DNA of 64,000 nt, taken from a virus. Lineage: Duplodnaviria > Caudoviricetes. The position numbers and the translations under genes were made by a program. The DNA is taken from positions 32,756-96,755 of IMG/VR virus record IMGVR_UViG_3300013383_000004. One strand, written 5' to 3'. The first letter of the stretch is position 1, and every line of letters begins with the position of its first letter. The notes under the pieces were generated by a model that was not told the DNA's origin, did no database searches, and saw only the letters and a list, made by a program, of their open reading frames with translations. Positions 51,401 through 60,622 of the stretch are shown here, piece by piece.

Positions 51401-54400
51401 TCCAACCTCTTTCAATATCATTGCCTGTATGAAACCAATCAAAATTACCATATTCACTCATTATAAAGGTATCAAAAGATTCTCCTGATTGATTAAATTT
51501 AATCATTAATTTAGATAGATAAGAAGGAGTAATATAGCTTTGATACATTTTTCCACTATCATAAAAAGCAGATACAGCAATATCTTCTAAAGATTCAGTG
51601 ATAGGGGTTAAAAACTCTCTTACATTACCATTTATACTGCCTTGTGCTTTAAATGTAAAAGGCTCATAAGTAGCATTATCAAGATTATTTTTAAGAGATT
51701 TTATCATGTAAGTCAGAGCACTGTACATCCTTTTATAGTTATCAAGAGTTAGATTACTTTTAACCATATCAGGAGTTACATAGTAACCAAGTAGATTAGA
51801 GATATATCCTAATATTTTAGCTGCTTCATTCTTATTTTTTTCTTGAGATAAATCATTATCTGTGTGGTTAAATTTATCTAAGCTTTCATAGGCTTTTTGT
51901 AGTTCATTAAAGGCTGTTTTATTAATTCCTTCTGAAGTGAATAAAGGATGCTCTCCAATTTTATATTGGGTAGTAACTTGTGACATAGCCTCTTTAAGAG
52001 CAGGATGTTCATTTACTTGGATGCTTTTATATTTTCCACCATCTTTTATTACAACAGAGTAAGGTTGAAAGTGCTTACAAAAAGTTCCATAAAACTGTCC
52101 TTGAAAATCTGTTTCTTTGCCAGAAGTATCAGATAATCTATCTATAATTTGTTTTACCCAAGGATTATCTGTTTGTTTTTCTTGTAATTTAACTATCATA
52201 TCAGCCAAACTTAAAGAACCCTGTGTCCACCTAAGAATAGAATTAGTAGCTTCTCTTACATTAATTCTCTCATATATCCCAAATTCTGATTGAACTTTAT
52301 TACCATTACTATCTAATTTATAGCACTTTAATAAGGCTCTTTTAATCATCTGAGACATAGTCCCTAATACATCTTGACATCTAGATTCAATTTGCCAATG
52401 CTCTTGTAGGCTTCCTTCTGTCTCTTCTACATCTGCTTGGTCATTAGATTCATTAAAATTATCAACATCCCCTATTATATTTTCATTAACTTCAGTAGCC
52501 TTGCCATCTTGTGTAGAAATAATACTGAAATCTTCTAAGTTAAGGAGTGTATCTTGTGCAAGAAGCATAATAGCCTTCCAATTATCTGTAATAGCAGTAG
52601 CTTTATCTATAGTATCATAATTATCAAAATCATTGTGCTCAGGAGAGAATTTTTGTCTACACATTTCTATTATGTTATTTACTCCTATAGTTCTAACTAC
52701 ATCAGCTCTAGACATGGAGGAAAAGTCTTTATTAGTACCATCTGTATTCTTAAACCTATCACCATAAATAGTTTTAGCTAACTCTGGATTCTCTTGTAAT
52801 TCAGTAATATGGTCTGAAATCCAATATACTGCTTGTTCAGCTATATGCCTTATTTCTGTTGCAGAAAGAAGGTCATTATCTAATAAATCATCAATTTGAT
52901 GCATTGTTTCTTCTTGTTTTGATATATATAAATCTTGTTTATTACTCTCTTGTGTGTCTTCTGTAATTTCTGTTTCAGCAGTATCTTCAGAATACTCTTT
53001 CTCTATTTTAAGCATAGTTCTAGTTTGCATAAGAAGCCTTGGAAACTCTTTGCCCCATTTACTTTTATCTTGAGTATGAGTTAATTCTGCATCTCCTGTC
53101 TCAAGTAATCTTATAACTGCCTGTTTATTTTGAGAGAAACTATCTAAAATTAATTGTCCCATTAAAGGGGAGCTGACTTTATCCCATGCTTTTGTATCTA
53201 AGTCTCTAATTTTTCTACCTATAGCTCTGGCTGTAGCTCCATCTGCTTGCTCTAAACTTTTTAAAATATTTGTTTTCTCAGTTTCTGACATACTACTATA
53301 CCCTAATTTTTGAGCTTGAAAAGCCCCTTCAACAGTTTTGAAATGCCCCTCTATAAATACTTTAAAATTACCTGTATTTTTTGCATAAAAAGGTCTTTCA
53401 GCAAAATTACTCAAATCAGCATTTTCACCAGTACCTGCATAAATATTAATAGTTTTATCTGAGGAACTAGGAGCATAATATATATTAACACCATATAGTC
53501 TCTCATATTCTTCTACAGCATCATATAAACTCATAGTACCATCAAGAACTTGTTTATAAAGACTTGAGTCTCTAATTTCAAGAATGTCTAATAGATATTC
53601 ATCTTGTTCTCTTAGTTCTTGCTCTATAGCTTCTTGCTCTTCTCTTAATAGTTCTTCATAGGAAATCTGTTCTGCATATTCCTTTTCTAAAGCTTCTATT
53701 CTTTGCTGTTCCCTAAGTTCAGCATTTTTCTTCCTAGTAGCATTTCTTTTATTGATAGTCTCTTGAGTTACTTTTCTATTAACTTCCCACCCATTAAACT
53801 TATAGTTATATTTACCTATTTTTAGTAAACTCTCATAACCACGTATTTTATCCTCTGCTATTTTCTTTCCTTCGTCAGTATTTGATGTATGGATTATATA
53901 TTTAGTAGAAGTAAGACTGCCCTTTTTATACATCTTAACTCCATATGGGTCACTTCTTTGAGCTTCCACTAAATTATCAATAACTAAACTAGGATAACCT
54001 GATTTACTTTGTGTTGAGTTACCCTTTTCAGAAACTTCATTATGAAATCTGTTTAATTCTATTAAGCTGCTCTCAAGTATAGATCCTTTAATATTAAGAC
54101 CAAAGTTCTTATTAAAAAGACGAGCTATAGTATCAATAATACTGTGAAGTATAGATCTATTAGCTTTAGGATCTTTATACTTAGCTAATTCTCTTTGCAG
54201 TTTTTGATTAGAAATTATATCAGAAGCAAATTCATCAAGACTATTTTTGAAATAAGTAAGACCTGAGTCATTATTATCTTTAAGTGCATTTTTTGCTAAG
54301 TCCCATAACCTACTCATTTCATTATAGAATCTAACCTCCTCTTTTGTTCCTCTTCCTGCTTCAACTTTCCTAAAAGTTGAGATTGTTACAGAATGTTCTA

Positions 54401-55073
54401 ACTCATGGTGTATTTTAGCCTTAAAGAGAGTATCTGATGCTCCTTTTACATGTTTCCATTGAGCCATATTTTCAATAAGAGAAGGTAGAAACAGAGTTAC
54501 CTCAAACTGGTTTGCTTCTGCTACTGATTCTCCTTTAGTATAGGGATTAACTTTAATACTATTAGTAGCATTAATATATGGGACTCCAATCCTTTCTAGA
54601 ACTTGAACTGTGCTGTTTAATAGAATATCTCTATTACTTTGACTATTAGCATTTCTCAACTCATAAAACATTCCTTGATTTAAATTTACTGGAATGAATG
54701 AAGGTCTTCCAACTTGTACTGCAATAGAACCATCCTTTAATTCCACAGTATTGACTGAATCTCTTCCATATATAGATATGGCTTTATCTAGGTATTCATT
54801 TAGAGCTGAATCATTTGTTGAGAATATGTGTGGTTTTAAATACTTTTCTAACCACAAAGTTACCCTATTATCTTCTTTATAATTAGATAAAGAAGCTTCA
54901 AATGGTTTAGGGCTTAGTTCTGATATAATCTCAGATGCTGTAGGATAAGCTCTTCCTTCTAGAGTTCCCTCATTTAGTTTTTTATGTAGCACCATTTCAA
55001 GTGTTCCCGAAGCTATGTCTAAACTATTTAAAAGGGATTTAAATTCTTTTGAACTTGTATTAACACAACTCAT
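45456..55073 (-). CDS. virion RNA polymerase polyprotein, spliced (exons 55073-48825 and 47951-45456); 2914 aa
   Basis: Motifs ED..KR, DAQGY, KPF, K.S, SAVK-like STVK, YRIPTE; splicing restores the catalytic TGSDFD|VDK (DxDxD); C-terminal D..KDP.L..MN.N motif in exon 2. Confidence 0.9.
47952..48824 (-). mobile_element. group I intron in virion RNAP (873 nt)
   Basis: Minus strand: P1 UUCGAU|A...UGUUGAA; P10 UCUAU/GUAGA; core AAUUGCUGGGAA, UAUCAGCAGCC, GGUUCAACGACUA, AAGAUAUAGUCU; terminal G at 47952. Confidence 0.93.
48034..48681 (-). CDS. LAGLIDADG (two-motif, family 2) homing endonuclease
   Basis: LLIGLLLGDG and IAIWYMDDG motifs; H...Q.DYLEWK. Confidence 0.9.
   Translation of the reverse strand: MKTKFNKESRNLLIGLLLGDGTICNNNVFKIAHCEAQKDYLEWKINQLKNCGIRNNGLNSYIKTKGFNIGVPVYYTQLNTIPFIKVLRRVVYKGKKIIGNRKLLNRLSAREIAIWYMDDGHINIRKDKGRPCGLYIKISICEPKQEVQTIINYFKEQWDINFYMYHEGKKEDSYSLCCGTKEGLKFIDIVKPYVIQVPSMLHKITYDLTRRRRTL
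53005..53455 (-). other. NADAR (YbiA-like) domain within virion RNAP
   Basis: LSNFAERPF, FKTVEGAFQAQK, ARAIGRK, W, LLETG..L, D..KWG..F..LLM..R pattern; boundaries approximate. Confidence 0.75.
54050..54620 (-). other. zincin-like (HExxH) metallopeptidase-like domain within virion RNAP
   Basis: IHHELEH followed by Y...SLDEF.S....N..LQ..L; boundaries approximate. Confidence 0.55.
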
Positions 55074-55099
55074 AATAATATCTTAATTAAGTTTTAGTG

Positions 55100-55130
55100 C
55101 AAAGTTATATAAAAATACTTACTATACCAA
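55100..55130 (-). promoter_or_regulatory. sigmaA-type promoter for RNAP operon
   Basis: Minus strand TTG (55130-28), 20-nt spacer, TAACTTTG (55107-55100). Confidence 0.75.
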
Positions 55131-55161
55131 ATGAATAAAAGAAAATGTTAAGAGTTATAAC

Positions 55162-55196
55162 AAAAAAAATAAGGGAAGAGCCAGTTACTCTTCCCT
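55162..55196 (-). terminator. intrinsic terminator ending the accessory operon
   Basis: AGGGAAGAG/CTCTTCCCT 9-bp stem followed on the minus strand by a U-run. Confidence 0.75.
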
Positions 55197-55207
55197 ATAT
55201 TAAAATT

Positions 55208-55318
55208 TTACTTTTTTTGACTTCCAGGCCTTGTGCCTGCATTTTTACTCTGTTGATCCATTTTGTCGTAAAAATCAATACGACCCTTCAATTTATTAAT
55301 TTTATTCTTGTATTTCAT
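55208..55318 (-). CDS. 36-aa basic peptide (not in ORF track)
   Basis: MKYKNKINKLKGRIDFYDKMDQQSKNAGTRPGSQKK; overlaps the upstream gene end and stops just before the terminator. Confidence 0.55.
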   Translation of the reverse strand: MKYKNKINKLKGRIDFYDKMDQQSKNAGTRPGSQKK

Positions 55319-55529
55319 AATCCTTTACTGTAAAAGTATCTCCTAATTCATAGTCTTCTACCCTATAACTGTCAATGATTAAATTTTCATCTCTAATCCA
55401 TTCAAACTGTTCTTCTAATGAAAGAGACTTAAATTCTTTATATTCCTCATCATTAAGGATAAGTTCAATATGGCCATTTCTAAGAAATCCTTGAACATAT
55501 TCACAATTACATATTATCTTCTTCGCCAT
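55302..55529 (-). CDS. hypothetical protein
   Basis: 75-aa ORF in a tightly overlapping operon. Confidence 0.6.
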   Translation of the reverse strand: MAKKIICNCEYVQGFLRNGHIELILNDEEYKEFKSLSLEEQFEWIRDENLIIDSYRVEDYELGDTFTVKDYEIQE

Positions 55530-55740
55530 TAATTTGATTTTTAAGAGATTTAAGAAGTTCTTCTCCTTTTTCTGTTATTACATAATGTGAATTAGAAAGC
55601 TCCTCAATGTCATTAAGAACTTTCATAAAGGCGTTACCGTCCCCTTTATTAATAAATTCACCCATATCCAATTCTTTACACTCAATATAGATTCCCTTAT
55701 CAAAGAAATGTAATGTTGCTGAAATTTTTTCTCCTGTCAT
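55507..55740 (-). CDS. hypothetical protein
   Basis: 77-aa ORF with overlapping start/stop. Confidence 0.6.
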   Translation of the reverse strand: MTGEKISATLHFFDKGIYIECKELDMGEFINKGDGNAFMKVLNDIEELSNSHYVITEKGEELLKSLKNQINGEEDNM

Positions 55741-55949
55741 ACCTTTTTAAATTGGTTATAAGTATGATTTTTAATAATAGGCTTATTATTTTGTTTATTT
55801 AATTTAGGAGTACCGTCATCATTAAGAATAAGAATTTTACAGAAAGAATTTCTTACTTCTTTAATTAACCCAATACAACCTAAATCATCAGAATGGGAGA
55901 AAAGAATTTTTACTTTCTCCCCTTCTTTATAGTTTTTATAATTTTTCAT
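55737..55949 (-). CDS. hypothetical protein (KOW/SH3-like)
   Basis: GEKVKI......G..G.I.EV pattern. Confidence 0.5.
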   Translation of the reverse strand: MKNYKNYKEGEKVKILFSHSDDLGCIGLIKEVRNSFCKILILNDDGTPKLNKQNNKPIIKNHTYNQFKKV

Positions 55950-56011
55950 TTTAATTCTATATAATGAGTGTAAGCTGCATTACTATAATAAAAATATAAA
56001 GTTACTTTCTA

Positions 56012-56422
56012 CTACATGTGGCTTCTGGCAGTTTTAAGAAATTCTTTACATTTCAATAAGTGTGCCTCATCTTTATTTTTTATATACTCATAAAACTCCT
56101 TAAAAGAGTTTATTAAATAGGAGTTTGCTACTTCTTTTTCAGTAAATACTATAGAAAGTATTTCATCAATTCCTTTCTTCTGGCCTGCTATACTAGAAGA
56201 TTTCATTGTGTAATCAGATGAAAAATTAATAGGAGCATATGATGATAGTGGTATGCTACCCTTTATAATCTGATCTTTGACTTTTGGGGTAACATTAAAT
56301 GTATTATAGGTAGTGTGATTATGTATTTGTTCATCATTCAAAATATCTATAATATCGTCTTTCATAATAATAGGTCTGCCATTTATAAATACAGGCTCAC
56401 TATAAATATATTTATATTCCAT
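56012..56422 (-). CDS. hypothetical protein
   Basis: 136-aa ORF. Confidence 0.6.
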   Translation of the reverse strand: MEYKYIYSEPVFINGRPIIMKDDIIDILNDEQIHNHTTYNTFNVTPKVKDQIIKGSIPLSSYAPINFSSDYTMKSSSIAGQKKGIDEILSIVFTEKEVANSYLINSFKEFYEYIKNKDEAHLLKCKEFLKTARSHM

Positions 56423-56436
56423 AGTTATTTTTATTT

Positions 56437-57144
56437 TTAATATTCATTAGTACTATAATCAATAAAATAAAGATACTCTTTACTTTCTAAAAGGTCAGTA
56501 AGAACGTATTTATCGAAAATCTCCCGATTAATTTTCATTGCCTCTTTTCTTAAGTCAATTTTAAAAATATTTCCTACTTTTACTTGACCATGAAGCTCAT
56601 GTGCTGGAGGTGTCCATGGGGCGACTAGAGCGAACTTATATCCTCTGTCATATAGTTTTTGGTTGTTATTACATACTGACCCCATATAGTCCCCATACGC
56701 CTTTATATCTACCCTCCAAAGATTTGGATAGAGATCACAAAGATTGGGATTTACTTTCTCAATATTTCCAATAGGAGTGTTTACTTTATCTACTGATAAA
56801 TTGAGTTTCTGGGCTTTAAAAGCAGATATAGTATTAAGTGCTTGTGATTTAAAAGCTCTTTCACTACCCTTCTCTAATACTATTCTATAGATAGCAGTAG
56901 GACAGGCAGTTTTCATATACTCACAAATCTCTTTAAGACTATTAAAGCACTTAGTAAGATTTACTGCACCATGACAAGTTCTCCAAATATTACCATCTCT
57001 ATAGACTCTTATATCAAAGAATCTAACACCCCACTTGTATTGCTCTTCAATACTTCTTCTTTGGGTCTTCCAATACTTCTTAGCGTGATTATACCACCAA
57101 GAAGTACTTTTACAGTAAGTAAATGAATCGTGACTTCCAATCAT
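56437..57144 (-). CDS. PI-PLC X-domain-like phosphodiesterase
   Basis: IGSHDS, TQ...I.EQ...GVRFFDIRV, CHG: both catalytic His-containing motifs of PI-PLC-X. Confidence 0.75.
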   Translation of the reverse strand: MIGSHDSFTYCKSTSWWYNHAKKYWKTQRRSIEEQYKWGVRFFDIRVYRDGNIWRTCHGAVNLTKCFNSLKEICEYMKTACPTAIYRIVLEKGSERAFKSQALNTISAFKAQKLNLSVDKVNTPIGNIEKVNPNLCDLYPNLWRVDIKAYGDYMGSVCNNNQKLYDRGYKFALVAPWTPPAHELHGQVKVGNIFKIDLRKEAMKINREIFDKYVLTDLLESKEYLYFIDYSTNEY

Positions 57145-57162
57145 AAATTTAATTTTTAATTA

Positions 57163-57537
57163 TTATAAAAACTCTTTTGGTAAATATATATTAAATATAT
57201 TTTTTGCCTCTTTAAATAATGGGGCTATCTGTGACGGCTTAAATCCTGCTATGCCACATCCAATGGGAGTTACCAAAAACCTCAAATCAGGGTGCTTTCT
57301 TGCAAAATCAATAAACTCATCCACATAAGGCTTGATAGTCTCCACTCCTCCTTGCATAGTAGGAATGGCGTAAGACTGTCCTTGCAGCCCTGTTCCTTGT
57401 CCCCATACAGCCCCGAATTTCTTATATGCCGTCAATGCAGCCCCTCCACCATGCATTCCTTCCAAATTACTTCCAAAGACAAACACCTCATTAGGAGCTA
57501 ATTTAGAAATATATGATGGAGCTATTCTAATATCCAT
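57163..57537 (-). CDS. macrodomain-like phage protein
   Basis: VFVFGSN..G.HGGGAA..A and F.VTPIGCGIAG, resembling macrodomain N..GGG and IG.G.G loops. Confidence 0.65.
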   Translation of the reverse strand: MDIRIAPSYISKLAPNEVFVFGSNLEGMHGGGAALTAYKKFGAVWGQGTGLQGQSYAIPTMQGGVETIKPYVDEFIDFARKHPDLRFLVTPIGCGIAGFKPSQIAPLFKEAKNIFNIYLPKEFL

Positions 57538-57538
57538 T

Positions 57539-58444
57539 TTAAATTAATTCTGGGATTAAATTATAAAATACTTGATATCCTTGGGTAACAATCTTTCTCC
57601 TCTCTGTTCTAATCTCTACAGGATGTTTAGAATCAATAATAAGAGTAGGAGTATATTCTTTTATAACTATTGAATTACATTCACTTTTATCAGAAAAATC
57701 AATATATGCACTATCAAGTATGTTTATTATATTATTATCCCCGTCAATATATCCACGTTGATAAACAATATTAATAACATTCATATTTCCTACAACATAT
57801 ATTTTTGTAAATAATTCTGAATTAAAATCTTTACGTTTAGCATATCTAGTGGGAGTACTTAATACATTTCTATTTCCTTTGATATATACATATGGAGAGC
57901 ATATTTTTAAAGTTTGTTGAAAATAGTTATTATCTCCGATAGAATAGATTATTTGAAAATCTGCTTTAAACCTACAATTACGTCCAATATTATAAATTCT
58001 ATTTATGAAAGATGCAATAACATATATAGAGTGCTTATCATTTAACAAACATTTAATACCTACATGAGAAGTAGTTTCAAAATTCTTTTTGGGTACATAA
58101 AAAGATGATATATTTACATATTTATCCTTTTTATATTCTCCGAAATTATGAATAGATGTTTTAATAAGATCCGCAATAGTCACTTCTTTTATAAATCTTA
58201 TTTTAGAAGAAACTATTTTTGAATCTTCATTTATTGTATTTTCACCAATATTTCCACTTGCTTCTACTTTAAAGTATCTATCAGTAGGATCCCTATAATA
58301 CAGAAGACAATCTACTGGAAATCTACAAGAATGAAATCCTGAACGACATAATGTTATTTCATCTGAATGTTTAAAGGTTTTTCCTATTTCATATTGAAAA
58401 CCTCTACATTTTAAATCTGAATGAGTTCCTTTATATGTAATCAT
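57539..58444 (-). CDS. DUF7666-like protein, paralog A
   Basis: YKGT..DLKCRGFQYEIGKTF...LC.SGFHSC..P.DC..YY; C-terminal YIxGxxN repeats. Confidence 0.65.
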   Translation of the reverse strand: MITYKGTHSDLKCRGFQYEIGKTFKHSDEITLCRSGFHSCRFPVDCLLYYRDPTDRYFKVEASGNIGENTINEDSKIVSSKIRFIKEVTIADLIKTSIHNFGEYKKDKYVNISSFYVPKKNFETTSHVGIKCLLNDKHSIYVIASFINRIYNIGRNCRFKADFQIIYSIGDNNYFQQTLKICSPYVYIKGNRNVLSTPTRYAKRKDFNSELFTKIYVVGNMNVINIVYQRGYIDGDNNIINILDSAYIDFSDKSECNSIVIKEYTPTLIIDSKHPVEIRTERRKIVTQGYQVFYNLIPELI

Positions 58445-58848
58445 ATTTCAAACAAATTATCTCCTCTATTTATAATAATATCCTCTATGTCAGACTGTAA
58501 ATCTACTATAGAATTAGGATTAGTTATTTCCAATGGATATACTGAAAGATATAGATGTGTTGTGCAATCTTTCAATGATATACCGTCCCAAGTAACAGCA
58601 TCATCATTCTCTTTTGTATAATCATGAAAGTAAGCATATGTCAAACCATACTTTTTATTCTCATCACTTCTAAAAGAAGAATCTTTTGAACCATATTTGT
58701 AATAAAAATTATGCACATATGCTAAGGCATCCTCCCCTTTCTCAAATACACGTAATATGCAATTTGAGAGATATGGTACCCTTCTGTTCTCTCTTTCTTT
58801 ACAAGTCTTTAAGCTACATTTGTTAGCTACAACAACGAATACTTTCAT
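58441..58848 (-). CDS. hypothetical protein
   Basis: 135-aa ORF, ATGA-coupled on both sides. Confidence 0.65.
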   Translation of the reverse strand: MKVFVVVANKCSLKTCKERENRRVPYLSNCILRVFEKGEDALAYVHNFYYKYGSKDSSFRSDENKKYGLTYAYFHDYTKENDDAVTWDGISLKDCTTHLYLSVYPLEITNPNSIVDLQSDIEDIIINRGDNLFEI

Positions 58849-59705
58849 ATGTTATTTCTCATTTTAATTGCAATCTCTCTTGCCATTGGATGAGCGTCAT
58901 TAGCACATCTTTGATAAAAGAAGTTGTCCCACACATCTTTAAATCCACAAGATATTAATTCTGATTTAACGGATAAAGGAAGCACTTCCCTTGCTTGCTG
59001 TGGAGAACAATGTAGATTTTTTAGCAATCTTTTATATGTCGCCTCCACATTATAACATTGATTGATGAAATTGCCTTCCTTCGTCTCATCATCATAATAC
59101 TTGGATTGTAGGAAATCAGAATACTTCTTGAACTCCGTCTCCTCCATATCACACCAATAAGGAATAATGAAGGTTATCTGATTGTCAAACTTGTCTTTAT
59201 TATAAGAGCAATACCTTGTGCTCTCTGCGATATGGGACAGCCCTACGTGTGTCCTGAACTCATCCATAATACCCCTGTTGAGTACCATATGGCAAGTATA
59301 TCTCTTTTCAAAGAGCTTGTCGTCATATTCCACAAGACAATCTTCTACATAAGGAAATTCCTCACATAATCGTAAGAAATACCTATAATTAGTAGTGACC
59401 CACATTCCATCATCAGAGATACTCGCCCTCATCCAATCAGTGCTGTAATCATTTCTTACAGACATCTTATAGACTATACTGTCATAATCCTCTTCATCCA
59501 TTACAAGATGCACCGTGCCAAACTCCAATGGTCTATAATGACCACGCTTGATAAGCATATCCACAAATTTCTCATAAGAGTCATCTGTAATCTTATCCTC
59601 GGATTTATAAGACACCCTCGCACACCTCTCAATGAACTTCTTTATGCCATTCATTGAGAAGTCTGTTTGGGTAATCCATTCACATGATTGATTTATAAAC
59701 TTCAT
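58845..59705 (-). CDS. thyX: FAD-dependent thymidylate synthase
   Basis: ARVSYKSE, GH..PLEFG, EFRTH..LSH..ESTRYC (ThyX motif variant), QQAREVLP, R....AHP. Confidence 0.9.
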   Translation of the reverse strand: MKFINQSCEWITQTDFSMNGIKKFIERCARVSYKSEDKITDDSYEKFVDMLIKRGHYRPLEFGTVHLVMDEEDYDSIVYKMSVRNDYSTDWMRASISDDGMWVTTNYRYFLRLCEEFPYVEDCLVEYDDKLFEKRYTCHMVLNRGIMDEFRTHVGLSHIAESTRYCSYNKDKFDNQITFIIPYWCDMEETEFKKYSDFLQSKYYDDETKEGNFINQCYNVEATYKRLLKNLHCSPQQAREVLPLSVKSELISCGFKDVWDNFFYQRCANDAHPMAREIAIKMRNNI

Positions 59706-60622
59706 TCTACAAAATGTGGTATTAAATTAGTTAACTCAACATGACCTTTATAGGTCTTCTTATTACCATTTGCCTCAACTATTACTTCATTTTTAGAATC
59801 AAATACTAATTTAGGGATATATGAAGATATTTTAAGAATATTTGATTTAGATTTATCAGAAAATTCTATATACGTACAATCATATATTCTAAGAGTATTA
59901 TTTTCACCATCTATATATGCACGGCCAGTATCCACTATACATATATCATTTTCATTTCCTTTAACAGTAGTACGGAATGGATATTTTTTTCTAGGATTAA
60001 AATACATACTGTATAAATGATCATAAGGAACTGCTGTAAATAGGTTATTATCACCTTCAATGTATATATATGGATAAATGCATTTTGAGGTATGAGTAAA
60101 AAAGTTAGAATTGCCAATAGCATATATTTTTTCAAATATGCTCGTAAATCTTCCATTATCCCCAATAGTATATATATTTGATATTCTATTCGCTACAACA
60201 CATATATCTCTTTTGTTATTTAACACATTTTCAATAGTATAAGGACAACTATATCCTTCATACATTCTTTTAGGAATATAAAAATCAGTAAATATTTTAG
60301 TATTTTTTTTCTTTTTATATTTTCCAAAATTATGAAGAGTAGTTTCTATTAAATTCTTTACAGATATTTCTTTTAAGAATTTAATTTTGGAAGAGACTAT
60401 TTTATATTGAGAGTCCCTTTTATCTGTTTTTCCAAATGCTTCTACTTTAAAATATCTTTTATCTGGGCCTGAATAATAGTTTAAACAGTCTATAGGAAAC
60501 CAGCAAGAATGAAATCCTTTTTCACATAATCTAATAGTATCCTTTTCCTCAAAAGTCTTTCCAAAACTGTATTGAAAGCCCCTACATTGCATTTTAGAGT
60601 CTGTTCCTTTATATGTAATCAT
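59702..60622 (-). CDS. DUF7666-like protein, paralog B
   Basis: MITYKGT..MQCRGFQY..GKTF...LCEKGFHSC.FP.DCL.YY; collinear with 57539-58444. Confidence 0.65.
   Translation of the reverse strand: MITYKGTDSKMQCRGFQYSFGKTFEEKDTIRLCEKGFHSCWFPIDCLNYYSGPDKRYFKVEAFGKTDKRDSQYKIVSSKIKFLKEISVKNLIETTLHNFGKYKKKKNTKIFTDFYIPKRMYEGYSCPYTIENVLNNKRDICVVANRISNIYTIGDNGRFTSIFEKIYAIGNSNFFTHTSKCIYPYIYIEGDNNLFTAVPYDHLYSMYFNPRKKYPFRTTVKGNENDICIVDTGRAYIDGENNTLRIYDCTYIEFSDKSKSNILKISSYIPKLVFDSKNEVIVEANGNKKTYKGHVELTNLIPHFVE

Noticed and set aside
556-54882. Numerous short antisense ORFs (60-132 aa) inside large genes
   Set aside because: Shadow frames of AT-rich coding sequence; no motifs and no independent expression signals
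45456-55073. Two separate RNAP subunit genes with a free-standing endonuclease between them
   Set aside because: The break falls within DFD|VD and is flanked by a complete group I intron
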